From NCBI RefSeq assembly GCF_006345805.1, contig NC_043012.1:24552001-24616000 (forward strand): a stretch of DNA of 64,000 nucleotides, written 5' to 3'. The stretch is from Octopus sinensis. Its lineage: Eukaryota. Numbering within the stretch: the first letter of the stretch is position 1; the number at the start of each line of letters is the position of its first letter. Below, piece after piece: positions 51,853 through 64,000 of this stretch. A program made the position numbers and the translations under genes. Under the pieces are notes generated by a model. That model had not been told where the DNA came from, did no database searches, and worked only from the letters and a program-made list of their open reading frames with translations.

Positions 51853-52889
51853 TAACTAGATATATTCATTATTGGTGCTTCTGGTTTTTACATGTAGGCA
51901 TCTGTGTGTTTTGTGGTGAAAGAAAGAGAGGAAACTGCAGCCAAAGTCTAGTCAGATGTTTCAGTGCTGGATATATCCTCTTTACTATCGTATATCTCGC
52001 TAGCATGAGTTAGAGGAGGCTTCTTGAGGCAGTGGTATTCATGTGCCAACCTTTACTTGTTTCCAAATAAGGTAGTTTATATCTTCATACCTCAAACTAC
52101 TAAGCTGTTGGACATTTCGTTTATGCAAGACATATGCAACTGCCACCACTGGCCAAGCAGAGTCACTACAAACATATATATATAGAGAGAGAGACAAGCA
52201 TACACACACACACACGGGCGTACGCAGAGGCATATATTCATTTATACACATGCATATACATTCATACATGCACATACACACACACACTCACACACACACA
52301 CACACATACACATAATAGAATGGAATAGACTTCTGTAAAAGCTTTTACCTACCAAATTCCTTTCACAAACACATTGGTTGACCCAGGGCTATAGGTTCTG
52401 ACTTTTAGTCATTGAAATGTGGCCATGCTGAGGCATCACATCGAACTGTATAGTTAAACAAATCCACCCAAGAACTTTTATTTTTACTTATTCCATCAGT
52501 CTCGTTTGCCAAAATGCTAAGTTACAGAGAGGTAAACTCACCAATACCAGTTGTGAAATGGTGGGAGACCAACTCAAACATAATGACACACATCCATAGA
52601 CGCATACAGGGGACACGGTTATTGTTATTATTATTATTATTATATTAGTGTGGTGGACAAAATCCCTCTTGGTGTTTGTTCTGGCTCTTCCCATTCACAG
52701 TTCAAATCCCATCGAAGTCGACTTCACCTTTTATACTTCTGGGGTCAATAGTATCAACTAACTGTCCCCCTTCCAAGCTGCTGGTCTTGCACTAAAATTA
52801 TTATAAATTATCATAAATTATTATAAATTATTATAATTTTTACAAAGAAATTTGTCATTATTTGTGCAATTTTCTTTTAGTCTTCTATT

Positions 52890-53412
52890 CATTTTTCTTC
52901 TTCTTCTTCTTCTTCTTCTTCTTCTTCTTCTTCTCCTCTCCCCCCTCTTCTTCCTCCTCTCTTTCTTTCTTCATCGTCTTCCTCTCCTCCTCCTTTTTTC
53001 TTTCGTCTTCTTCTCTCCTTCCTCCTTCTCTTCTCCTCCTCCTTTTCTTTCTTCTTCTCTTCTTCTCCTTTTCTTCTTCTTTGCTTCTTCTTCTTCTCTC
53101 CTCCCCTCCTCTTCCTTTTTCTTCTTCTTCTTCTTCTTCTTCTTCTTCTTCTCCTCCTCCCCTCCTCTTCTTCTTCCTCCTCCTCTTTCTTTTTCTTCAT
53201 CGTCTTCTCCTCCTCCTCCTTTTTCTTCTTCTTCTTCTTCTCCTCCTCCTCCTTCTTCTTCTCCTCCTCCTCCTTTTTCTTCTTCTTCTTCTCCTCCTTT
53301 CTTCTTCTTCTGCTTCTTCTTCTTCTCCTCCTCCCCCCTCCTCCTCCTTTTTCTTCTTCTTCTTCTTCTTCTTCTTCTTCTTCTTCGTCTTCTTCTTCGT
53401 CTTCTTCTCCCC
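52890..53412. repeat. About 520-bp polypyrimidine (CTT/CCT)n tract
   Basis: Almost entirely C/T on the + strand. It generates the poly-E/K/R and poly-S/F/L ORFs in the track. Confidence 0.95.
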
Positions 53413-54397
53413 TTAATACTCGAGCACACATTTCTTGCATACTGCAATATGCATATATGTCAGACATACGTTGCTGCATGCTTCAGTGCAAACACACTGC
53501 ACACATGCATTCCTCTGTGCTGCATTACAAAATATTGCAAGCACATTCCTGCATACTGCAATACAGCATTTGCAAACGTACATTTCTTCATTATGCTGCA
53601 CTACAGACACTGCAAACGTAGCAAGGAAAATAATTTGTGATACAAATTCTTTAAGTGCAAAATGTTCATTTATAAATCATTAGATGCTCAATTAATTACT
53701 AGGATATTATTCATAGAAACTCAAGTCAATGTGGGAACAAACATATATAACTGTGTGTGTGTGTCTGTGTGTCACTAGTATTCAATTATCTAACTCACTA
53801 GTTTCAACAGAGTAAATCGCTTAACCTGTAATGATTATATATCATTACCATCAGCATTTTAACGTCCACTTTTCCATGTTAGCATGGGTCAGACAGAATT
53901 TGTTGAGGCAGATTATGCATGACTGCCTCAGAGAAAGAACTCAATATCTTTCTAGAGTAAAGATTTATTCTGGGAATTAGAAAATTCTACTATGATCAGT
54001 AGTTTCATCTTGGGAATTTCCTATCTGAGGATTGCCAGCAAAGGTATGAAACCATTGGCCACTGTGTGAGGTTTTCCATCTGTCCTTCCTGTCACCAATC
54101 CTTTCAGCTTTCCAAACAAGGTATTCCTTCAGTAACTCTTCTGGTTGTATCTTATTGTGAACTCTGCATACTGTCAATAAATTTACATCAATGTTACAGT
54201 TACAAAGGAAAGGCTGTTCCTTCTCTGTGGAGAGAGGCTGGATTGAAAAATTTAGTCTGAGAAAATAAAATATGATTTTGGTTGGAATGCTTGATCAAAA
54301 GATTGCTTCAACTGGGCAGAGAAAAATTTGTTTTTATTACATGAAAACTGATTTTGTAATAGAAATTAAACAAATCGTTTTACTTGGCCTGGTTTAA

Positions 54398-54616
54398 CCC
54401 TTTAGTGTTCAGATTATTCTATCAAACATAATGATTATTGATTCCCATTGATTTGAATAAATCATGCATTATCTCATATCTTCAAGATCTTGATGGTGTA
54501 ATTACTTAATGTAGAATAACATTGTAGGGTAGGTGTGAGAGCCTGGATCTGGTCAGTTTGAACATAAAACAGATTAACTATTTTGGCCGGATATGGCCAG
54601 TTTAAATACTAAAGGG
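54398..54616. mobile_element. piggyBac-type MITE (second family)
   Basis: TTAA on both sides. TIR ccctttagt / actaaaggg, inserted in a palindromic ggtTTAAacc target. Confidence 0.85.
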
Positions 54617-54640
54617 TTAAACCTCAAATCTCATCTTATT

Positions 54641-54854
54641 CCCTTAAAAGTACTTACACCAGCCATACCTGGCCCCATATATTGTTTTATGTTCAAACTG
54701 GCCAGATCTGACCTCTCACACCTACCCTACACTGCTATTCTACTGATTCTACTCCGTTGAAATGTCAAAGCTACAAGATAATTCCTGATTAATTCCAAAC
54801 AATGTGAATGAATGAATTTTACATTTGACCAAGTGATTGGAATGCTTTAAAAGG
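54641..54854. mobile_element. Older inverted copy of the same MITE
   Basis: ttttatgttcaaactggccagatctgacctctcacacctaccctaca is the reverse complement of about 54523-54569. It ends in aaggTTAA. Confidence 0.75.
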
Positions 54855-55119
54855 TTAAACATCAAGTACATTACCCTAAAATCACATTCTGCTACCTGAA
54901 ATGAAGATGCGTTTGCTCATATACTACCACACACTTCTAATAAGGTAGATGTTCATGTTCGGAATGCCTTTCAGGGGCTAAATTACATCATCATCACAGC
55001 TCTACAGATAGGCTCATATCATGTTTCGTGATTCTTTGGTTTTATATTTCCTGGGACTCTGTCTTGTGTTAATCCATTCTCTGTCTGTGAACCAAGGTCA
55101 GGAAGAGCAACCATCCCCA

Positions 55120-55209
55120 GCAGGACAAGGAAGCTAAAAGTGACGTTGCCAAGCATTTTATCCAACATCCTAACAATTCTACCAGCTTTCTACGCTAATA
55201 ATAATAATG

Positions 55210-55284
<75 letters not shown>

Positions 55285-55492
55285 ACAGTCCGTTCTGAAA
55301 TCTGGTGGGAAGGGATTAGTCGATTATATCAATCCCAGCACTTAACTGGGATTTTTCTTTTTCTTTTTTTTTTGACAAATCCCAAAGGATAAAAAGCAAA
55401 GTTGACCCTGACTGTATTTGAACTCAGAACATAAAATTGGAAGAATTGCTGCAGGCATTTTTTCTGGTGTAGATTTTGCCTGCTCACTGACC

Positions 55493-55495
<3 letters not shown>
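55120..55495 (-). mobile_element. Second-family SINE plus fragment within (AAT)n/(AGT)n
   Basis: aaaagcaaagttgaccctg..tttgaactcagaac..ctcactgacct. Confidence 0.7.
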
Positions 55496-55524
<29 letters not shown>

Positions 55525-55827
55525 TAATGATGATGTTGATGGTGACAATGATGATGATGATGATGACAACGACAATGATGACATGATGATGATGATGATG
55601 ATGATGTAAAGAGATTAGCTTCAAGCCAGACAAAAATTAAATGAAAGCAAAGAACAACATTGTCTATGGATAGTTCCTTGTCTTCTAATAAGATTTTTAG
55701 GATAATTATTTGCATTTAGAGTTTCCATACTTCTCTACTTAATTCTTTCTCACTCAACGACTTTTAGAATAACTTCTGTATTCTTGGAATAACCATTTTT
55801 CTTATTTAATTGAACCAGATTCCAAGA

Positions 55828-55860
<33 letters not shown>

Positions 55861-57015
55861 TCATTCATCTACATACATTTATATACAAATATGTAATTGT
55901 ATGTCTGTATTAAATCATCATCATCATTATTGACAAAGCCAAAATGTTGTTCCTTTACATGTATATCATCATCAACATCATCATCATCATCATCATCATA
56001 TTGATTAATCATGTAGCCATGTTTCATCATCAAAAACAAAAAAAAACAATCTTTGGATTGCTTTCCTTGTAGACATGCATGCATGTATATATATACACAC
56101 ACACACACAATCATATATCAAGCAAATGATAGGGTATGTTATGCATGACTGCCTCAGAAAAAGAACTCAATATCTTTCTAGAGTAAAGATTTATTCTGGG
56201 AATTAGAAAATGCTACTATGATCAGTAGTTTCATCTTCAGCTGGGAATTTCTTGTCTGAAGATTGCCAGCAAATGTATGAAACCATTGGCCACTGTGTGA
56301 GGTGTTCCATCTTCCAATTCCTACAACACTTTATATGTGTATCTGTAGGTGGGGGGATGCATTCATTAATGGTAATTCCTCGAATCTGAAAAAGAAAATT
56401 CTGTAATTTCTTGCAGAACAACATGCACAAATGATTTCTTTATAAAGATCAAATGTTTGTGTTGTATATTAGCTCACCCACTCCATCAAACCAATGTTGC
56501 CTGAACAAGTGCACAGTGTGCTATACATGAGTATATATATATATATATATCATCATCATCATCATCATCATCGTCATTTAATGTCCGCTTGATGATGATG
56601 ATGATATATATATATATATACTCATATATATATAAGTAAAACACCTTCATCAGAGCTTCACGTTTGAATCTCTGATGGAACAGTATGGTATTACTCAGCT
56701 ACTCAGCTCTGAGTCCACCACATCTTATAGCAGAAACAGCTGTAAGCTAATGAACTTCACTGCATAATTGTTTATTCTTTTGTCATCTCTTTTATTATTA
56801 CCGCTCTGTACTCGACTGACACTTCATTCAGAGGGATACATATATTGAGTTCTACACCAGGTTACTAGTCTCACAATGCCTCAGTGAAATATATGTGTGC
56901 GTGTGTATGAAATTTCATTGCTTCCATTATCTGTACTAACATACATATACATATCTGTATAATCATGAATATATACATATCTGTATAATCATGAATACAT
57001 ACATTTATATATATA

Positions 57016-57093
<78 letters not shown>

Positions 57094-57097
57094 CATG

Positions 57098-57133
<36 letters not shown>

Positions 57134-57782
57134 ATATATATATATATATACATGTATATATATATATACATGTCATCATCATCATCATCATCATCATTTA
57201 GCATCAGTTTTCCATGCTAGCATATATATATATGATGATGATGATATACATATATGTATGTATGTATGTGCGTATGTTTGTATACATATATATATGAAAT
57301 GCATAGATAACTACACACAGGCAATAAAAATAGCTCAGACAATATGAAAAAAGTAGAGTAAAAGCAAAAACTAAGCTGCAAAGAAGTAAATAAAAGATTC
57401 TTAATTGTTTGAAAAATGAAAGATTCATTCTTTTTCTTGAAATATTAAATGGTATTGCAGTCTGCATGAAAAGTTGGAAGCAGTTGAAATCTACTTCTAC
57501 AAAGCACAGCTGAAAAATCTCTCATTAGTCACATATTTTTGCATGTATCATATGTGTGTGTCGAGCAGAAAGCAAGAAAGCAGAAGAAATGCATTCTTTG
57601 AACAGTCTAGACTTATGGAAGTGGAATTGTAGTGAAGAGGGTTAGGAGTGGAATATGAAAGGCAAAAAAAAAATAAGACAAAAGATGGAAATGATGATGA
57701 TGATGATGATAAAAATTTCTAACTAAATAGGTAAAAATGATGATTTCATAATTAATAAAAATAATAATAATAATAATAATAA

Positions 57783-58882
57783 TCCTTTCTACTATAGGCA
57801 CAAGGCACAAAATTTGGAGGGAGGGGACTAGTCGATTACATCAACCCCAGTGTTCCACTGGTATTAAATTTATTGACCCTGAAAGGATGAAAGACAAAGT
57901 CAACCTCAGTGGAATTTGTGCCCAGAACATAGCGGCATACAAAATATGGCTAAGCATTTTGCCCAACGTAGTAAGGATTCTACCAGCTTACTACCTTGTT
58001 TGATGTTGATGATGATGATGATAATAGTGGTTTCTGATTTTACATAAAAGCCAACAATTTCGAGCTGTGGGCTTTGTCAGTACTGCTGACCTCAGTGTTG
58101 ACAAGTACTTTATTTCATCAAACCCTAACAGATGAAAGGCAAACTTGTTCTCCAATGGGGCTTGAACTCAAAATGTAAACAGCTAGAGAATCTTACATAT
58201 AATGGTTTCTTAGATCGGCATAAGGCTTCAAGTTTGGAGAAAGAGAAAATAACCAATCGTTATTGATGTGCTACCTGACTGGCACCTGTAGTCTCTTTGA
58301 CCCTGGATGGGTGAAAGGCAAATTTGATCTTGTTGGGATTTGATCTCAGATCACAAAGAGCCAGAAGAGATACTGCAAGTTCAACTAAATGATCTTGCCA
58401 ATACACCTAAGACAAAACCCGAGTCAAATCAATAATAATAATAATGATAATAATAATAATAAAGTTGAAAGCTTGTGGTTACCTAAGGTTACAGATAGTA
58501 ACTTGCTATCTACATAAATTCTACCAGGAATAAGAATGAAGCTGAGTCAAATCAATAATAATAATAATAATAATAAAATAATAATAATAATAATAATAAT
58601 AGTAATAATAATAATGATAATAATAATAAAAATAACAATAATAATAATGATAGTAATAATAATAATGGTAATCCTTTCTTCTGTGCGTGCAATGCCTGAA
58701 ATTTTTGGGAAGGGATTTTAGTTGATTACATCAGCCCCAGTGCTCAGCTTATTTTATTGACCCCAAAAGGATGAAAGGCAAAATCAACCTCAATCACATT
58801 TGAACTTAAAATGTAAAAACAAACAAAATGCCGCTAAGCATTTTTTTCCAGCATGCTAATGCTTCTGTCAGTTCACCACCTT
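57783..58882 (-). mobile_element. Cluster of four second-family SINEs among (AAT)n/(GAT)n tracts
   Basis: Copies at about 57783-57978, 58030-58190, 58200-58400 and 58670-58882 share gatgaaaggcaaa..caacctc..tttgaac. Confidence 0.75.
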
Positions 58883-58883
58883 A

Positions 58884-58886
58884 ATG

Positions 58887-58981
<95 letters not shown>

Positions 58982-58994
58982 GATAGTAATAATA

Positions 58995-59037
<43 letters not shown>

Positions 59038-59100
59038 TAATAATAATAATAATGATAGTAATAATAATAATAATAATAGTAATAATAATAGTAATAGTCA
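58884..59100. repeat. (AAT)n microsatellite with recurring GAT-AGT variants
   Basis: aataataat...gatagt pattern. It generates the poly-N and poly-I ORFs. Confidence 0.95.
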
Positions 59101-59227
59101 TGTTAATAATAAATATAGCAACTATCTATTCCTAACTGCATAATAGTAACAAGAAAAAGTAATATTAATAATAGCTGTAATCATAATATAAAGTGATAGA
59201 ATGAAAATAATTAGATAGAATGAGAGA

Positions 59228-59258
<31 letters not shown>

Positions 59259-59319
59259 AACACAAACCATGGATAGGGAACTTATGCTATTTCTTGGAAA
59301 TGTAATAGAGATAGATAAT

Positions 59320-59378
<59 letters not shown>

Positions 59379-59387
59379 TATATATAG

Positions 59388-59430
<43 letters not shown>

Positions 59431-60135
59431 ATATATATATTCCAAATATATAGATATATATATTCCATATATATATATATTGTTACAACTTAGTTCAATT
59501 AAACATTTATTGTTATTACTTTTTGTTTGTGTATTTTTTTTTCTTATTCTCATTTGGAAAAAAAAATATTTAAAAAAAAAAACATGCACATATATACTTA
59601 CCACTGTTAGTATATTTTAGTATTTTTTTTTATTTTTAGATTTGTGTACGTGTGTATTTTTTTTTATATACATTGTTAGATAAAAATATAGAAAGAAAGA
59701 AAGAAAGAAAGAAAGAAAGGAGGACAGTGTATGGAAGATTGAAGGAAAGAAATACAAGGAAAAAAGTTGTTATTCCTTGAAAAATGATTTATATTTTATG
59801 ATTAAGCGATGTGTAGTTAGCATCCATATCTGTATCACTTCTGCTGCTGCTGCTGCTGCTGCTACTACTGCCGTTTTATCTTTATATATATTTATTTATT
59901 TTATCTTTAGAATCTTGATATCTTCATAATATTTCTTTATTTATTTGTCTTCCTTTTTTCTTTCTTTGATATTTCTTTGTTCTTTTTGTCTTCTTTTTAA
60001 ATCTTTATACCTACCTGCCTCATGGCTGGATGTCTTTACATTTCTAAATGGTTACTCAGAGGGAATGGAAGGAAGGAAAAAAAAAAAATTAATAAATAGA
60101 TAAATAAATAAAATGGCATATGCATGCATACATAC

Positions 60136-60198
<63 letters not shown>

Positions 60199-60550
60199 AT
60201 ATACATACATCATACATACATACATACATACATATATATATATATAATATATATATATACACACACCTGCACATGCACAACACCTACCTGTACATATATA
60301 AATGTATGTGTATGTGTGTGTACATTTCTGTGTGTGTGTTTGTATGAATGTATGTGTATACACGCATTTAGATATGCAAAAGGCGAACAAAAAAATGACA
60401 ACGCAAAAATTGTATCATATTCAATTAACTTAGTATTTTTTACCTTGCTTCTCTCTCTCACTCTCTCTTTCTCTCTCACTCTTTCCTAATATATATATAC
60501 AAATATATATGTGTGTGTGTGTGTATGTATATATGCTTGTATGTATTTGT

Positions 60551-60591
<41 letters not shown>

Positions 60592-61540
60592 CATACATGC
60601 ACGCCATGCACTATATATGTTTGTTCACCAAGTTAGCATCATCTTCATGATATCTGATCTCTCAAAGATTGCTTTGTTGTTTTTTTCATTTCATTTTTTC
60701 TTTACTTTGTACATATATGTATGTGTGTATAGGTTTGTGTGTGTGTGTGGAGGTGGGTGCTTGTGTAGGTGTGTGTTTGTGTAGGTGTGTGTTTATCCCT
60801 CTGGTCTGAAGGAACAATTCAAACTGATACTTCAGCATTCCATTTGCTCTGACCTCAGCTGACCTCTTCTGTTGCTTGTCATCTTATGTATGTGCATATG
60901 TGCATGTATATGCATGTGTACATATGTGTGTGTACATATATGTGTGTATATGTGTGTGTATATGAGTGTGTATATGTATGTGTATCTTTAACACTGTAGG
61001 TATGGCTGTTTGTTTAAGTAGTTTATCTTAGATCCATGAGATTCTGAGATCAATCTCACTGCATGGTACATTTGGCAACTCTCTCATGCTAAAACATCAA
61101 ACTACATGGCTCGAAGAGTGGAATTTAATTGACCAAAACAACTGTACAGAAGCTCATCTTACTGCCACTAACCTCCTCTTAAACCAGTCATTTCAGTATA
61201 AGGTGACCATCTAAGTGAGATAAAGCTGTTCTTTCCCCCGCCCCACTGTTTTTACTCTCGCCATCTAGTCGAGATGGTGTGTTTATGCTCAAAATATAAA
61301 AGTCTTTCCCTTCTATTTTTCCTGAGTGTAAATCTATTACACACTGTTTTTCTTCCCTTTTCTCTTTTTTTTTCTACCAGTGTTATGTCAAAGTGAAGAT
61401 TCATCCAATTTGCTTAGAATATGTTTGAAACTAGAATTACTGTAATTGACTAAAATAATCCCTGGGTGGGTGGGTGAATGGGGGTGCCCCAGACAAGATG
61501 CAACATGACTGAAACCTGTAAAAAAAATAGTCTTTTATGT

Positions 61541-61835
61541 TTTACTTGTTTTAATTAGTAGACTGTGGCCATGCTGGGGCCCTGTCTTCAAGTGATTTAG
61601 TCAAATAAAATGTCTCCATTGATTTTTATTTTGTCTAAATATATTTTTTCTATTGGTTGTTTATAACACTTGGTTACAGGGATGTAAACAAACCAACACT
61701 CGTTGTCAAGCAGTAGCAGAGGACAAACACTAACACAAAGACACTCATGGGCTTCTTTCCTACCAATTCCACTCACAAGGCTTTGGTCAGCCCAGGTGTG
61801 GCACCTTGGGTGACCCAGGTGTCACACAGTGTGAC
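61541..61835 (-). mobile_element. Degenerate CORE-type SINE
   Basis: gactgtggccatgctgggg...gttgtcaagcag...ccactcacaaggctttggtcagccc. Confidence 0.7.
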
Positions 61836-62221
61836 TTTGTCCTTGCTTTTTTCAAGACATTAGGATGTGAGATGAACATTTGTTGTTCTTTCTAGCAATT
61901 CACAATGAATAGTATTTTGGTGGCTTTCAGTTTTCATTTCTAATTGTAGTCAGTAAGCGTCACATGACTTGAGACATTTGGGGCTCATCTTTTGAAACAA
62001 GTTTGAGTCACACCTCTTAAATTTTGCTACTTTTTAGTCCGATACTTTGCATGGTTCAGCAGATTTTCATTTTGACAGTCATATTAGCATGTATATCCTT
62101 TTTTTCACCCACTCATTCTCTCTTTCTTTCTCTTCCCCTTTCTTTCTCCCCTTTCTATGAATAAACTTTTTTGCATTGATTTTCAAACCAATATTTACTG
62201 ATTTGACCAATATCTCATCTC

Positions 62222-62420
62222 AATAATACAAACATCACCATCATTTAACATCCATTTTCATGCTGGTCTGGGTTGGACAGTTTGACATGCCAGGGAACTG
62301 TGCCAAGCTCCGATATCTGCTTTGGCATGGTTTCTCAGACTGGGTACTCTTCTTAATGCCAACCACTTCACACAACGTGGACTGGGTGCTTTTCACATAG
62401 CACAAGCACTGGTGGGACCA
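62222..62420 (-). mobile_element. Degenerate RTE-tail element, inverted relative to 62480-62843
   Basis: tcatttaacatccattttcatgctggtctgggttggacag...aatgccaaccac. Confidence 0.75.
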
Positions 62421-62479
62421 CAAAGTAACTCACACGACAAGACCCTTCAACTGAAAGGGAGAAAGTATTGAGAGGTGAC

Positions 62480-62843
62480 TTTATGCCACGTGGCCGTTCG
62501 CCAGCCTCATCTGGCACCTGTGTCAGTGGCACATAAAAACACCATCCGAGCGTGGCCGTCTGCCAGCCTCGTCTGGCACCTGTGTCGGTGGCACATAAAA
62601 AACACCATCCGAGCGTGGCCGTTCGCCAGCCTCATCTGGCACCTGTGTTGGTGGCACATAAAATCACCCACTACACTCTCGGAGTGGTTGGCGTTAGGAA
62701 GGGCATCCAGCTGTAGAAACACTGCCAGATCTGACTGGCCTGGTGCAGCCTTTGGGCTCCCCAGACCCCAGTTGAACCGTCCAACCCATGCTAGCATGGA
62801 AAGCGGACGTTAAATGATGATCATGATGATGATGACGATGATG
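62480..62843 (+). mobile_element. RTE-tail element with an internal 62-63-bp tandem repeat
   Basis: About 2.8 copies of cgtggccg..gccagcctc.tctggcacctgtgt..gtggcacataaaa (62489, 62551, 62614), then ggaagggcatccagctgtagaaac and an (ATG)n tail. Confidence 0.85.
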
Positions 62844-63244
62844 AGAGGTTAAAGTATGACTGAGGGAGAGAAATAGGTTTCTTGTAAAAGATATAAATAT
62901 GGCTAACCCAGTTGGACAAAAGGAAAGAAGATAGTGAAGGGTGACAGGACATGTAATTTTAATTTAGAAGATAAGATAAATTTGTGCTGTGTGCAAAGGA
63001 CGGATTTATTTCAAAAAAGGTTTATTTTTTCTAATTTGAACTCATATCTCTCTCTTCAAACTAAATGTACTTTGTTGCCTTTCTTACAAACGTTACTCTC
63101 TTTTTGTTGATACTGACCACCACTGGACTTCTTAGACTCTAGGCTTTCTTCCTCGATCATAATATTCTGTTTCTTATGGTCTCCATGTGGTCAAGTGATA
63201 AGCTTCGATCTTTTCATTACCACAATTCTGTTGTAAATACACTG

Positions 63245-63375
63245 GCTTTCCGCTGAGGTCAACTTTGCGATAAATTAAGTACCAGTTGGTACTTAATTTA
63301 TCACAATCTGGGGTCAATCTAATTGACTGGCTCCCTTCTAAAAATTTCGGGCCTTGTGCCTAGAGTAGAAAAGAA
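63245..63375 (+). mobile_element. 5'-truncated second-family SINE
   Basis: ttccgctgaggtcaactttg..aaattaagtaccagttg..ggccttgtgcctagagtagaaaag. Confidence 0.7.
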
Positions 63376-63719
63376 ATACACTGGCTTTGTTTTAATTAAT
63401 TTTGAAGAGTTTATTAAAATAACTTTGTCATTATTTAACTGGTTTTTGGAATGTTGAATTTTCATGGATGGTTTTGATCCGGATCACTTTAAACTATGTC
63501 GTTTGTGTTGTAGAATTTGAGGCAGTTTTCAGGTGGATTGATATCAAAATAGTTAAACAAACTTACATGGGAATGAAATCAAAGACATAAAGTCTGTAGC
63601 ATTATGAAACAAGTCATAGTGTTTTGCTTGAAATAACCTCAACTATGGAATGTTATTGAAGAAATAATTAATTTATGGAACATAATGAAATATGTATGAG
63701 AGTTATGCTGTTCAGCTTT

Positions 63720-64000
63720 TATCATTTATTTCAGTCATTAGACTGTGGCCATGCTGGGGCACCAGTTTGAAAGAATTTTAGTCAAACAAATCAACCCCAA
63801 GACTTGGCTCTTTTTTAAGCCTGGTACTTATTCTATTAGTATCTATTACAGGACTGCTAAATTACAGGGATGTAAACACCCCAACACTGGTTGTCAAGCA
63901 GTGGTGGTGGGGACAAACACAGACACAAACACACACACATGTGCATGCACACACACACATGTATATGATGGGCTTCTTTCAGTTTCCGTCTACCAAATCC
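63720..64000 (-). mobile_element. CORE-type SINE running off the window end
   Basis: gactgtggccatgctggggcacc...gggcttctttcagtttccgtctaccaaatcc. Confidence 0.8.

Larger units (their letters stand above)
53913..56312 (+). repeat. Dispersed direct duplication of about 170 bp (53913-54081 and 56139-56312)
   Basis: ttatgcatgactgcctcaga...ccactgtgtgagg..ttccatct occurs twice, with a few substitutions and a 5-nt insertion in copy 2. Confidence 0.9.

Noticed and set aside
52852-53640. 262-aa and overlapping poly-S/F/L or poly-E/K/R ORFs
   Set aside because: They arise from the stop-free CTT/CCT tract.
62489-62665. Regular ~62-bp repeats as a CRISPR-like array
   Set aside because: The units are contiguous with no unique spacers, lie inside a eukaryotic retroelement, and have no cas genes nearby.

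Overview
AT-rich metazoan genomic DNA with no long ORF. It is saturated with di- and trinucleotide microsatellites, tRNA-derived SINEs, RTE-type LINE remnants, TTAA-flanked MITEs and one non-autonomous Helitron. The SINE families resemble those I recognise from Octopus genomes, so the source is probably a coleoid cephalopod (inference, not verified). Nearly every ORF in the supplied track is a microsatellite artefact. The window reads as the interior of a gene with very large introns. The best non-repeat signal is a phase-compatible chain of very small plus-strand exon candidates: 5777-5805, 13067-13107, 19768-19791, 28856-28869 and possibly 37812-37853. They join to WNLLVEPCVGCFAPYYVDPDQDNKFKQSFQKDSNYRFSCFHCLLLCLPY, a protein I cannot name. 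Two of these exons have clusters of ACUAAY (QKI/How-type) motifs just downstream. A weaker antisense chain of small exons (38540-38582, 29735-29763, 11769-11832) is also phase-compatible. Other notable structures are crossing inverted repeats with pseudoknot topology (3281-3430), a 532-bp tandem triplication and inverted transposon pairs able to form long dsRNA. All exon calls rest on splice-site inspection alone and need RNA-seq. No RNA genes or CRISPR arrays were found.
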